A stretch of DNA of 64,000 nucleotides from positions 1,364,001 through 1,428,000 of the forward strand of contig NC_043016.1 in the NCBI RefSeq assembly GCF_006345805.1. Direction: 5' to 3'. This DNA is from Octopus sinensis. Its lineage: Eukaryota. The translations under genes and the position numbers were made by a program. Every line of letters begins with the position of its first letter. Position 1 is the first letter of the stretch. Positions 37,544 to 50,686 of this stretch are shown piece after piece. Under the pieces are notes generated by a model, which had not been told where the DNA came from, searched no databases, and worked only from the letters and a program-made list of their open reading frames with translations.

Positions 37544-39727
37544 AGCGCCTACCTGACCGACCTGCCGCGGCTCTTGACAAGGGAAGCGGAGTGTTATGAA
37601 AGTCCCATCACAGCCGCTGACGTGCGGGATGCGATGGCGGGCTGCGCGAGGGATAAGTCGCCTGGATTGGATGGTCTACCTTACGAGCTGTATTGTCAAA
37701 TGCCAGACTTGTTTGGCGACCTCTTGGCATCAGTCTGCTGCAACTGGCAACAAAACGGGAGAATATCCGGTTTCGTGAGCCGAGGTGCAGTGACGTTGCT
37801 GAAGAAAGACCCAAACAAGGGGAATTTTATAGATAATTTCAGGCCCATCACTCTGCTCAACGCAAATTTGAAAATTTTGGCCAAAGTAATAGCCGAGAGG
37901 TTGACGCTTGTCATTGGTAAACTGGTCGACAGGGCGCAAACATGCGCAGTGCCGGGCAGAACCATACATGACAACCTCCATCTGATACGCTACATTGTGG
38001 ACAGGGTAGTTAAGGATCCTGGCATGGGTGGGGCGCTGATCAATTTGGATCAATCTAAAGCCTTCGATAGGGTCGACCATCGGTACTTGGCGGCCGTCTT
38101 CAGGGCGGCTGGCTTCGGTCCCGTCTTCCGCGGTTGGATCGCTGCCTTGTATAGCGGCATCCGATCGGTGATTCGGGTGAACGGTCACCTGTCGAAACTG
38201 TTTGACATAATGCGTTCGGTCAGTCAGGGGTGTCCCCTGTCGGCGCTTCTGTATGTATTGACTCTCGAGCCGCTACTGCGGAAGCTGGCGACACTGTGGG
38301 GCATCCCACGGGAACTGGGTTGCGGGACGAGCGTGTCGGCATATGTGGACGATGTCACTGTCATAGTGCCGGGCGAAAAACACAACCAGATGATAGGCGA
38401 GACACTAAGAAAATACGAAACGGTGACGGGAGCGAGAATTAACGCGGAAAAGTCAGTGGGTTTGCTACTCGGAACCTGGAGAAGCAAGCCCATGCCGTCC
38501 GACTGCGGCTCAGTAGTGGGACGTTGGACGGACGGACCGGTTAAATTGCTCGGGGTCTGGTTCATTCCGGACCTCCAAATGGATAAGAACTGGGACGAGA
38601 TCACGAGTAGAGTGGTCGCTCTCAGCCAAGCATGGGCCGAGAGAAGGCTGTCTCTAAAAGGTCGGGCGGAGGTGGCGAACGCGTATATCGCATCCGTCAT
38701 CAATTACCGCCTGACCGTCTTGCCTTGTCCCGACGCTACCATCACCAAACTGGAACGCATACTCTTCCGCTTTCTGTGGAAGGGTGGCGTTCCGATGGTG
38801 AGGCGGTCCATTTGCTGTCAACATCCGTTAAATGGAGGACTGGGTATGCCGTGGTTGATGATGCGCAGGCATGCGTTGAGACTGCGACATCACTGGAACT
38901 TCATCGATGACGGTGAACAGGTGTGGGCGCCGTTTGTGAGGCGTGCCTTCCCGCAGCTCGGATCACTGACGGAACTGCAAACGTGGATCAAGAAGAGACT
39001 GAAACTGGGCGATTGGCACCGAGAGTGTCGTCAAGCTCTACAGCAGCTCTACCGTCCGGGCTCAAACTTGTGCAACTTACAAACGACTAAAGCGTTCTAT
39101 AGAGGACTAGTGGAGGGGAGGTCCGACGACACACTCGGGGAAAACCTGGGCGTCGACGAAAAATTCCTAACCTGCTTTTTCAGGACGACGTTCGGGCCGG
39201 GGCGTATAGATAACTTCCAGAGATCCCTGGCTTGGCAATGTTATCGAGACGCACTACCCGTTCGAGAGAAGAGCTACAGGCACGGTTCGAAAACTACCAC
39301 CGGACCGACCTGCCCGAGATGCTGTCAGAACGACGTAACCGTTCTGCACGCACTCGTGCAGTGTCCAGATATTTCAGAGCTGTGGACCTTCGTCGAACAG
39401 CTGTTGTCGCGTGTAGGACGGGCCCGCTTATCGGCCGAGTCTTTCGTGAATATTGTTCCACCACCTTCCTTTAAACGGGAAGGGAAAACGGTTTTCGTTA
39501 CGCTGATTGCTATGGCGAAAGAATGTGTGTGGTGGACGCGTTTGAAAGGACTGCAAACAAACACCTTCCTCTCTGGTCAGTCTCTCGTCAACTTTTTCAA
39601 GTACCACAAAAGGAAGATGAGAATAGAGAGGAAGGCTTTGTCGAACGAATGTTTTAATAAAAGGTGGGTAAAAGTGGCAAAAATGGTCAGTATGAAAGAC
39701 GACACTATTTTAAGCGTAAATCTGTAA
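37340..39727 (+). CDS. 795-aa chimeric open frame: end of copy B RT (YADD) fused in frame to the uninterrupted RT (YVDD) and C-terminal zinc motif of copy C
   Basis: ORF track; duplicated motifs YADD/YVDD and GRWTDG. Confidence 0.75.
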   Translation: MSAYADDVTIIVSSYQHMELVGETLKEYEAVTGAKINREKSVGLRLGTWRSRPMPSNSVSIVGRWTDGSAYLTDLPRLLTREAECYESPITAADVRDAMAGCARDKSPGLDGLPYELYCQMPDLFGDLLASVCCNWQQNGRISGFVSRGAVTLLKKDPNKGNFIDNFRPITLLNANLKILAKVIAERLTLVIGKLVDRAQTCAVPGRTIHDNLHLIRYIVDRVVKDPGMGGALINLDQSKAFDRVDHRYLAAVFRAAGFGPVFRGWIAALYSGIRSVIRVNGHLSKLFDIMRSVSQGCPLSALLYVLTLEPLLRKLATLWGIPRELGCGTSVSAYVDDVTVIVPGEKHNQMIGETLRKYETVTGARINAEKSVGLLLGTWRSKPMPSDCGSVVGRWTDGPVKLLGVWFIPDLQMDKNWDEITSRVVALSQAWAERRLSLKGRAEVANAYIASVINYRLTVLPCPDATITKLERILFRFLWKGGVPMVRRSICCQHPLNGGLGMPWLMMRRHALRLRHHWNFIDDGEQVWAPFVRRAFPQLGSLTELQTWIKKRLKLGDWHRECRQALQQLYRPGSNLCNLQTTKAFYRGLVEGRSDDTLGENLGVDEKFLTCFFRTTFGPGRIDNFQRSLAWQCYRDALPVREKSYRHGSKTTTGPTCPRCCQNDVTVLHALVQCPDISELWTFVEQLLSRVGRARLSAESFVNIVPPPSFKREGKTVFVTLIAMAKECVWWTRLKGLQTNTFLSGQSLVNFFKYHKRKMRIERKALSNECFNKRWVKVAKMVSMKDDTILSVNL

Positions 39728-40010
39728 CCAAAAGAGACAACGAGATGTAAGGTGACTTACTCATGTGTACATTTCGAACTGTCTGAGGTGACCTTGATCT
39801 TTTTTGTAGGTTTTTCTTTCCAAGGCTACACCTAAACTGTGAACTTTATTTATATTGCTTTTTCATACACCACATAACCCACAGATCCCTATTGATCGAA
39901 CGTTTGTTCATTGTGTGTCCCACCCATCCCACCTCGAAAAGAAAAAAAAACTCTACATTGTATTTCGTCCATTTTTTCTGTGTTTAGCCCTGTGTGGCCA
40001 CAATAAAAAG
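37544..40010 (+). mobile_element. 5'-truncated Tx1-like LINE copy C (different subfamily) fused to copy B
   Basis: Restarts at SAYLTDLPRL (upstream of RT), diverged from A and B, has its own 3' UTR, followed by (TATC)n. Confidence 0.88.
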
Positions 40011-40162
<152 letters not shown>

Positions 40163-40768
40163 ATAGAACTAAGAATGTGTGTCTGTCTGTGTTTCTGCCC
40201 GTATGCATGTGTGCATCACAAAAACTTGAGACTTCCCGACCAATTTCATTCAAATTTTTATACATTCACTACATAGGGTCCAAGAGTGTCATGGGTCACA
40301 CAATTGTTCAACTTCTTACCTCATCTAAGCTCGGAGCAATCTCTTAGACGGTTTCGGTATTACGTGCCAAAGGTGAGGCAATAACATCTCTGTTTTAATG
40401 TGAGATAATAGTTTCAGTTTTAATAATTTCACTACTAATACTTTCACTGTAACTATATATATAATATATACAATGTGAAAATATTTCACGTTACATATAT
40501 ACATGCATATGCACGCGCCCACACAAATTATATAAAATATATATATATTATGTGTATATATATATATAAATTTATATATATGTATGCATGCATATATATG
40601 TATATATACCCGCACATATATATGTAAGTATATATACAGATGTATAAGTAAATATATATATATCCGAACATATATATGTAAGAATATATAGAAATGTATA
40701 TCTGTATGAATATATAGATCTATATGTATAGGTGTATATGCATAGATGCATATTCATATATATATCTA

Positions 40769-40895
<127 letters not shown>

Positions 40896-41127
40896 GTATC
40901 TATCTATCTGTGTATATATATATATATAATATATATATATTTGTATATATATATAGGTATATATATATATATTAATTTATGCATATATATGTATGCATGT
41001 AATATATGTATATAAATAGATGTATATGTATAGATGTATATGTATATAAGTATATATATATAAATTTTTATGCATACATGTATATATATACATATATATA
41101 TGTATATATGTATGTATATATATAAGT

Positions 41128-41160
<33 letters not shown>

Positions 41161-41359
41161 CATATATATAATATATATAGATATGTATATATATATATGC
41201 TTATATATATATATATGCATATGTATACATACATACATATATATATAGAGATATTTATATATATATCATACTCTACTCTTCCAAATATGGGTACCATAAT
41301 AGCTAGACTTAATAGTAAAAATATATAGTTAGCTAGAGATAGAATAAGTAGTAGCAACA

Positions 41360-41476
41360 ATGGTAATAATAATAATAATGATGATAATAATAATAATAAT
41401 AATATAATAATAATAATAATAATAATATAATAATAATAATAATAATATCAATAACAATATTAATAATAATAATATA

Positions 41477-41575
<99 letters not shown>
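41360..41575. repeat. (TAA)n microsatellite
   Basis: Direct reading of the sequence. Confidence 0.95.
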
Positions 41576-42139
41576 GATTATCTCTGGTCGAACACAACTT
41601 CTCTATTCACAAACAATACAGAACAGCCCTTCCTTAATTTTTCTTAAGCAGACATTTGAACTTTTTTTGACCAAAAAAAAAATAAAATAAAAAAATAAAT
41701 AAATAAACATCACTGATGATGTGATGATGGTGATGATGATAATAATGATAGTAATAATGCTGATAATCTATCTATCTATCTACACACACCCACATACACA
41801 CTCACAGAGTTCAGCCAACACAATCCTCACCTCGGCTCTTTAGATGTTAACCAAATATGAAAGTATTATTTGACAGGCAAGAATTCTGGCGTTGAAGACA
41901 GCCAGCCAGCCAGCCAACGAGACAGACAGACACTACTGTGGTGGTGATAATGATAAAAAAAAACAAAACAAAAATAACAATAATAAGATACTGCTGTGAC
42001 TACACATAAAACAATATCATTGATGATGATGATGATGATGATGGTGATGATAGTAGTAGTGGCGATAATGATAATAGTGATAATAATGGTGATGATAATA
42101 ACAATAATAAGCCGACTACGGCTGCTATAATGGTACGAT

Positions 42140-45100
42140 TATAATTGTAACGGCAATGATGGCCGTCTCCCCACGAGCCAATCAAAGCTAAAAAATGATA
42201 ACATTATCGTAGCACCAAAATGTTTTTTGGAAACTAAAAGGAAAACTAAATCAGTATACCAAATCGCTTGTCCTATGGATAATCTGGAAGCGCGTCCCCC
42301 AGGGAAGAGCCAGCCTGGGAACGAAAAGTCATCAAATGGCACAAACTCTTCTCCGAATACGGACATGGATGGTCACTTGAACGGGAAATTCCCCAACTCG
42401 AGCCCTCCAAGTTCACCACCACAACCACCACTGAAAGAAAAATGTAAGCGGAACAAATGGACCCGTGAAGAGTATAAAGAAGTAATATACGCTTATTACT
42501 ATGCATTAGGTCGGCCATCTCAAGAGAGACACACCGCAAACTCTTACAGTATATGGAGAACACGGAATCAAGACAGTAGGCCCTATTTGGACGAGAACAA
42601 ATTGGCAAATGTGAGGAGGGATATCCTTAGAAATAACAGACTCACAGACAGTGAAATAAGCGCGATCAAGCACGCAACGGAAAATGACATAAATATAAGA
42701 CACAAAGGAAATGAAGAATCAGATGAACAGTATAGCCCGCCACGCGGCTTAATTGAAAGACTGCCATCTGACCAAAGTACGCAAAGGCCTGAAGATACAA
42801 GAAATTCTATTGAACCTGTTAAAGATAGCCAGGAAAAGGTAAAACAACAGTAACTGAAGATCTCGCATTTGCTGAAGAACACAGAGAGTCTATGGCAGAA
42901 ATGAGGCAGAAAATCCTGAATACACTTGAAGTTGTAAGACATACAAGTATGAATGATAGAGAACCACTTCATAAACTCTCAAATACAAACCAAAATAAAA
43001 AACAAATCCAAATCGGCAACTATGTAACAAATGAAATAATACAAGAATTAAAACCTGATTTTACTGAGTTAAATGAAATTATTTACGCTTCTACTAGGAC
43101 AATTGAAACCAGCTGTATGCCCCCGAAAAAACAAGGAAAACAAAACCTGGGAAGAAATCAAACCTGGAGAAGTAAAACTGAAAAAGAGATTGAATTTATG
43201 AGAGGGGAAATATCAATATTAAATGAACTAATATGTGGAAATGATGTAAGATCCAGAACAGGAAGAAGGATGAAGAGAAAATTTGGATCCTCACCAAGAG
43301 AAGAACTGATATCAATAAAAGAAACGCTGAAACAAAAAGTCCAAGCAAAAGCCCAAAGAATACGAAGATTTGAGAAGAGAAACAAGATTTACAAGCAAAA
43401 TAAGCTGTTCACATCCAATGCCAAAAAATTCTACAGAGAAATAGGGAAGGAGAAAGTAACCGTTAAAGAGCCCCCTCCCATGGAAGAAGTTCAAAACTTT
43501 TGGAAAAGGATTTGGAGTGACAAGAAGACGTACAACACAAATGCAGACTGGATTATACAAACTGAAGGATCCTACCAAAATTTACAGCAACAAGCATGGG
43601 AAGACATCAAAATAGCAGACCTAAGAAAGGCACTCACGAAGGTCCATAATTCGAAATCCCCTGGTAAAGATAGGGTGCCGAATTTCTGGCTCGCATCGCT
43701 CCCATGCGCACACGGTAAGCTAGTTCAGCTGCTCAATGGAATTATGAGAGACCCAAAGAAAACACCTGAATGGTTAGCAAGTGGTATTACTTACCTACTC
43801 CCAAAGAATAACGAAACCAACCTTCCAAAAAGCTATCGGCCTATAACCTGTCTATCCACCACGTATAAAATCCTAACATCTATCCTGGCGGAGAAAACAT
43901 ATGCATTCATGGAGAAGAACGATATTTTCCCCATTGAACAAAAAGGGTGCCGCCGAGGCTCATACGGATGCAAAGATCAACTGCTAATTAATCGTATGAT
44001 CCTTGAGAACTGTCACAACAAACGCAGAAATCTCAGCTCCGCATGGATTGACTATAAAAAGGCCTTCGACAGTATACCGCATCCATGGATCTTGAGATCG
44101 CTGGACATCTTCAAAATTTCCCCTGTGATTTCAAACTTCCTGAAACATAATATGTCGTTGTGGAATACGAATCTCCAATTATACCACTCTAATGGAGTAC
44201 TTGCCTCAGAAAATATAAACATCAACTGTGGAATTTTTCAAGGTGACTCACTTTCACGTTTAATATTCTGCATAGCCCTAATACCCCTTACAAGTGAATT
44301 AAACAGAACAGGATATGGGTATAAAATTGCCAATAAAAAAATAAGCCATCTATTTTATATGGATGACTTAAAACTCTATGGTAAAGACAATAATGAACTT
44401 GAAGGCCTATTGCGCACCGTGAAAGCATTCAGCGATGACATCGGGATGGAGTTTGGACTTGAGAAGTGTGCCAAGGCCACTTTCCAGAAAGGGAAAGTGA
44501 AGACCACAAATTCAGTCGTGTTAGATGTTGACAGAGTCATAAGAGAGCTTGAGCAAGAACAAACATACAAATATTTAGGGATAAATGAAGGCTCTGCTAT
44601 TCAGCATGCAAGCATGAAAGAAAAGATCAGGAAGGAATGTTATAGGAGAGTTCGTGCAGTCCTGAAATCTGAACTAAATGCATGTAACAAGGTGTTAGCT
44701 ATAAAGTCCTTAGCAGTTCCAGTTGTTACTTATAGCTACAATGTGTTGAACTGGAATATGAGTGAAGTAAAGAATATAGATAGGAAAATACGCACGCAAG
44801 CTGCTGAGTCGTAATAGGATGCACCACCCAAAGGCAGACGTAGATCGCCTTTACCTTCCCAGAGCCCAAGGAGGTCGAGGCCTGATCCAATTTGAACTAG
44901 CTTACAAAACAATCACAATTGGACTGGCCAAATATCTCGAAATAACGAATGACTGGATGCTAAAGCTCGTGGAAAATCACGAGAGACGAAAGAAGCTTCA
45001 TTCTATCATAAAGGAAAGCAAAAAATTTGCTATTGATCTCGTGCAGGATACCCAAACTGAACAACCCGAGGGAAGTACGGCAACTATTGTTGCAAAGAAG

Positions 45101-46090
45101 GTGAAAATAATGGCAACGAAAAAAGCGCACGAGCAATTGGCTGATAGGTGGGAGGAGAAACCTCTGCACGGCAAATATGTGACCCGTAGCAAACAAGCTG
45201 ATGTTGACCAGAAGCGAACCCATCAGTGGCTACGGAGCTCAGGGCTAAAAGCAGAGAACGAAGGTTTTATCCTGGCTGCTCAAGATCAAAGCGTATTAAC
45301 CTGGAACTACCAGGCCAATGTGATGAAAAATGGAGCAGACCCAAAATGCCGATTCTGCAATGACATGATTGAAACAGTGGACCACCTAATCCTCTGGATG
45401 TAAAGTCTTAGCACCAGTGGAGTATAAATTAAGACATGACAGAGATGGCCAATATCTCCACTGGCTAATAAGTCGGCATTACAATATCAAAACTGCCGAC
45501 AAGTAGTATAATCACCACCCTGAAGCTGTAACTGAAGGCGAAAATGTAACGATTCTGTGGGACTTTCCAGTACATACAGACCGAACCATCAAAGCCAATA
45601 AACCAAATATTGTTGTGAAAGACCAAAACAATAAAGTTTGCTTATTGATCGACATGAGCATCCCCTGTGATCATAATATTTCGGCGAAAGAGTTTGACAA
45701 GCTCAGAAAATATAAAGACCTGCTCATTGAAATTGAGAAAATGTGGCATCTCAAGGCGGTTACAATACCAGTGATCGTAGGAGCACTAGGAATGATCAAG
45801 ATGGGAACCGAAAATTATATGAGAATGATCCCTGGCTTACCATCCCTGCAAGAAGTGCAAAAGATTGTCTTAACTGGTACATCACACGTATTGAGAAGAG
45901 CATTGTCGATGTGAGAACTGTTGCTGCTCATGTATTTTAATTAAACCTTAAAAAAGAAAAAAAATGAACGAACTATTTAGTTTGGTTTAATGGCCTACCA
46001 ATGTATACTATGAGTTTCTTTGCCCTAGGAGTCGGGAAGACGCTCGGCAAGAAATGGAAGCAAATTTGAAAGAAGAAGAAAAAAATAAAA
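42140..46090 (+). mobile_element. Near full-length R4/Dong-like LINE, family 3
   Basis: (GAT/AAT)n upstream at 42010-42117 and (TAA)n downstream at ~46095-46125. Confidence 0.9.
42227..45914 (+). pseudogene. RT-CCHC-REL endonuclease polyprotein (few frameshifts and stops)
   Basis: KRNKWTREEY...NKLANVRR; YRPITC; WIDYKKAFDS; YMDDLKLY; CRFCNDMIETVDH; KPNIVV...LIDMSIP...KYKDL. Confidence 0.93.
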
Positions 46091-46349
46091 TATTAATAAT
46101 AATAATAATAATAATAACAATAACATTAATATAAATAGTGATAATGACAACATCAATGATACAGATAAGAAAATAAAAATGTGGTATGTGAGGGAAGTGA
46201 GAATGGATTAATAACTAGCAACCCCAATTTACATAACAATATAACTACTGTTAGAGTAAATAACACTAATACTAATAATAGCTCTAGTAAGGAAAATGAA
46301 AATGGACTGTCCCTAAATAATACTAATACCATGAATTACCCCCCCCCCC

Positions 46350-46764
46350 CCAGCTGTAATTGTAGAATTAAATCGAATTGTCCGGTATCTGGCCGCCGTC
46401 TGCTCGAAAATATAACTTATAAACGTTCAGTAATAGCTGTCTTTATTTCGGTTGTTCGGTGGATCTAAAAAAACGTTTAAACAATCATTTTTTCTCCTTT
46501 AGGCTTAAACACAAGGCAGGTTGCACAACACTGTGCAGTAAAATTTGGGAACTGAAAAGAAATAATATAGAATTTAACCTGAAATGGGATATATTAAGGA
46601 AAGCACGGCCTTATAAAAATAGTAGAGATGGTTGTGAACTTTGTTCTATGGAAACATTTGAGATTTTAAAACATAGGAATAATACAAATTTGTTAAATAA
46701 CCGTTCTGAACTAGGAGAATCCTGCATACATCGCACAACCCATACGTTTAAATATTTTAAATAA
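46350..46764 (+). pseudogene. GIY-YIG endonuclease domain of a Penelope-like element (frameshifted)
   Basis: CNCR...CP..GR.LLENITYK, then FI-GCSVDLKKRLNNH across a frameshift, IWELK, CELCSME, LLNNRSE. Confidence 0.78.
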
Positions 46765-47861
46765 TAATATTGTGACCATTCCTAAATTTTCAAATTCTAA
46801 TTATTTATAACTAAATAAGAATGTATATACCATACTAGCTTTTATTCAACATGCACAGATTGCTAAAAAAGCTTCATTACATATTTAGAATTAAATTTCT
46901 ATTTTTCTGATAATCTCCTATATTAAATAGAAAAAATTCTATGTCTCTAAAGAAACTACTCAGTTCATCTTGATTACCTCAGTTCCATTTTTTAATATAT
47001 TATTGACCCTGGATATTTTTACCTAACTGATTAGTTTTTCTCCGCGAGTAGTAAATATTATGTCTATTAGATTCTTTAATTTAATTCATTAATTCATTAA
47101 ATCACCATCTTCTAAATCTAAGAAAATTACACTTCTTGATTACTTCCCTTCCTTTTAATGAATCACTATCAACTAAATCTAAGAAAATGACTCATCTTGA
47201 TTACTGCTCTTCCGCTTTTTCTAATATATATTATTAACTCCTAATATATTCACTTAATTAATAAGACGTTTGTCCATAGTTATTGAATATTATGCCTACT
47301 CATAATAAATGATAGGTTTTTTCTCCAAAATTTAATAAATATTAGATTTAAATTTCTCTTTTAATCCAACTTAAAATAATCAACACCTACTGGCCAAGTA
47401 AATCTTATATATTAAAGCGGGTGCATATTTGTGTATGTTTGTATAAGTGTAAAAGAATTTCTATAACTATTTAGTATATAGATGGTCATTGTGACCATCT
47501 AGCATTGACCTAGTTTCTTGATACAAAATCAGATTGCCAAATGGGAGGATACAGCCTCTAAGACAATATGACCCCCTTCCACTTTAATTTCTTTAGGAAT
47601 AACCTCTGACATTTATTTCACCCCTATCTATGTCTATAAATAGAAAATCTCTTTTGTCTCCATTCAACAGAATATCCCTCCCAACTTTCTAGCAGTTCAA
47701 TATAGCTTAAAGAAAATTCTTCAGTCAGAAGATAAATTCTATTACCTTAATCCTTAATGTTCTTAACATTCAAATCAACATCTCTGTCTATATATCTACC
47801 CTCTTTTTAATGTTATCAATTAACATGAAAATAAGTATATGTATTGATGGAAAACCTCTAT

Positions 47862-47900
47862 AAATGGCTGATGATAGCTCAACATTTTAAAACTGTTGTA
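47862..47900 (+). ncRNA. Strongly degenerate hammerhead-like motif downstream of the GIY-YIG ORF
   Basis: CUGAUGA (47868-74)...AAAC-UGUU-GUA; G12 appears lost and the stems are poor. Confidence 0.3.
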
Positions 47901-48080
47901 ATTCTTACAATGTTTAATAAAATGATGTAGCGTGAAATGATCGTACCAAATTACCGAAGATATTCTTGTTGCTTATTTTGATTATAATCACCCCGTGGAT
48001 TTATATGGATAACACCGTACAAAATTCTGGTGCGTCTGACTTAAGTACCATATTCATTTGAATCTAAATTTTGCTGAACG

Positions 48081-48134
<54 letters not shown>

Positions 48135-48135
48135 G

Positions 48136-48470
48136 AGACTCCCTTTGGTCCCAAAGGACCATGGGATTGCACATAGAGATTTACCCTCAGAGGCACAATT
48201 CCGGGCAAAGTTATTTATGGAAACCAGCAGTCGCCCATACATACCAGGCGCCCCCCCCCACCCCACCGATGTCATCCAAGGGAGAGGCAAAGGGACCGAT
48301 ACAGTTTGGGATCAGTGAATAGCAGCTCATTTCTACAGATGAGTGAGCTGGAGCAATGTGGAATAAAGTGTCTTGCTCAATAACACCACATGCAGACCGG
48401 TCCGGGATTCGAACTCACAACCTCACGGTCGTAAGCTCGTCGCTTTAGCCACTGAGTCATGCGCCTTCAC
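48136..48470 (-). mobile_element. tRNA-derived SINE (third family)
   Basis: Minus strand: TGACTCAGTGG A box, GAGTTCGAATCCC B box, TTGAGCAAGACACTT central domain; related head at 52890-53176. Confidence 0.8.
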
Positions 48471-48755
48471 ACATATATATATATATATATAACATATATA
48501 TAAAATTTAATAAGGGTAGAAATCGATATTAATCAATTAAATCCAGTGGCCTAGCATATTAAAAAGAAATCCGAAGATTAAAATATTTTTACATACAAAA
48601 TTTAAAGGACAGACCACTAAAAGTGGACGTTCAACATGCTATTTTCCAAATCGCTATTTTCCACAAAGAATGTGTCCACAAATAAAAACCCAGCCCGAAC
48701 CAAGGCATTAAAAATAAGCAAGGCAAATGAAAATATACGAAATAAAAATGATTAC

Positions 48756-48822
48756 CTATGTACCGATCAGTTTCGATTGTTATTATCCACGCATGTGGAT
48801 ACCTGCAATCTCATCAGCATAG
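48756..48822 (-). ncRNA. Canonical type I hammerhead ribozyme
   Basis: CUAUG-CUGAUGA-GAUUG...CAAUC-GAAA-CUGAUCG-GUA|CAUAG; inner hairpin UAUCCAC/GUGGAUA. Confidence 0.85.
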
Positions 48823-48852
48823 TCAGTGATATAGAAATACAATGACAATACA

Positions 48853-48917
48853 ATGCTGATGAGATTGCAGGTATCCACATGCGTGGATAATAACAATCGA
48901 AACTGATCGGTACATAG
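48853..48917 (+). ncRNA. Mirror copy of the hammerhead (core intact, stem I reduced to 3 bp)
   Basis: AUG-CUGAUGA (48856-62)...GAAAC (48899-903)...GUA (48910-12)-CAU. Confidence 0.7.
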
Positions 48918-49332
48918 GTAATCATTTTTATTTCGTATATTTTCATTTGCCTTGCTTATTTTTAATGCCTTGGTTCGGGCTGGGTTATTATTTGAGAACA
49001 TATTCTTTCTGGAAAATAGTGACTTGACGTCTATATCTAGCATGTTGAACGTCCACTTTTAGTGGTCAGTCCTTTAAATTTTGTATGTACCTATATATAT
49101 ATGCACACACATATTCTATATATATATACATATATTATATATATATATTATATTAACTATGTATATGTATATACATATATATATACATACTTATATATTA
49201 CATACATATTATATTTACATATATATACATACATACATATATATATATATATAATGCTATATACACATGCATATATACATGTATGCATAGAAATCTATAT
49301 ACATACATATATAATATATATATATATATATT

Positions 49333-49410
<78 letters not shown>

Positions 49411-49570
49411 ATATATACTTCTTTTTAAAGCAGCAGAAAATATAGCAAAAAGCTGTTACTCGGAGTCTCACGTTCCCGTTCATCGGACAGTTTTGTTCAG
49501 CGTATTATTCTCTGTCTGATATTTGAGTGCTCTTCTTTCCACCTTCTTCCCATTTATGTGCTTAATCCGT

Positions 49571-49599
<29 letters not shown>

Positions 49600-49602
<3 letters not shown>

Positions 49603-49900
49603 GGTGATCACCGTGACCGATCAGGCTACCAGATGTTGCTACACATCGCTGGTCACAATGCGCTTCGCATTGTTTTAGCCTTCAAATGACGCCTGGCTAA
49701 GCGAGCAGGTCAACAGAAGAAAGAATGAAAGAAAGTTGTGGCGAAAGAGTACAGCAGGGATCGCTACCACCCCCTGCCGGACTTCGTGGAGCTTTAGGTG
49801 TTTTTGGTCAATAAACACTCTCAACGCCTGGTCTGGGAATCGAAACCTCGATCCTACGACCGCGAGTCGGCTGTTCTAACCACCGGGCCATTGTGCCTCC
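49600..49900 (-). mobile_element. tRNA-derived SINE (fourth family)
   Basis: Minus strand: GGAGGCACAATGGCCCGGTGG A box, GGTTTCGATTCCC B box; flanked by (TA)n-rich sequence. Confidence 0.8.
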
Positions 49901-49914
49901 ATACATACATACAG

Positions 49915-49988
<74 letters not shown>

Positions 49989-50022
49989 ATATGTGTGTGT
50001 TGTGTGTGTATGTGTGTGTGTG

Positions 50023-50076
<54 letters not shown>

Positions 50077-50686
50077 ATATTTAAATAATAAGGGAGATAA
50101 ATTGAATATTAATTTAATTAATATCAATTTCAAAGCAGTAGCCTAGCATACAAAAATCTGAAGAATCAAAGAATTCTAATACATGTGTATATATTTAAAG
50201 GGCTAAAAGACCACTATTTGATCGGCCATATGCTAGAAGTAGATCACCTGCGATCAAACTACAAAGAAAGGAATGTTCTCTAGAGAAAAATTCAGCGTAC
50301 ACCAGAAGAATATGCGGGCAAGACAAATGAAAATTATATAAAAAAACAAGAATTAATCGCCGACCTAGGTTTCGCCTATTACCGAATGAATCTAAGACCA
50401 ATTTATATTATTACTTACCAATGATGCTATAATTAAATAAACAATAATTAATGTTCAAAGCCTTTGCAGACCAAGGACTAGAGTCGTAAAATAACATATT
50501 CTCATTTACATATTTAAGATAAAACACTAAATTTTAGGCATAGAAACGACAGGAATACTACTAATGAATCTTAATAATAAAATGGTTGAATACAACATTC
50601 GAAAATCATAAAATAGGGTACAATATATATTGAGTTTCAGTGTTGACTAAATCTAGGAAAATAATAAGAAAACCCTGCCTTATCGA

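Larger units (their letters stand above)
48591..49088. mobile_element. ~500-bp fold-back element with ~230-bp arms, each carrying a hammerhead ribozyme
   Basis: 48591-48820 vs the reverse complement of 48853-49088; twin ORFs in the ORF track reflect the symmetry; (TA)n nearby on both sides. Confidence 0.88.

Noticed and set aside
42140-42200. Possible HDV-like ribozyme at the 5' end of Dong family 3 (GGCCGTCTCCCCACGAGCC...GCTAA)
   Set aside because: I could not find consistent P1 and P2 pairings by eye; a descriptor search is needed.
48380-49900. tRNA-like A and B boxes (48380-48470, 49820-49900; also at 9006 and 23647)
   Set aside because: They continue into SINE bodies and do not form full cloverleaves; not tRNA genes.
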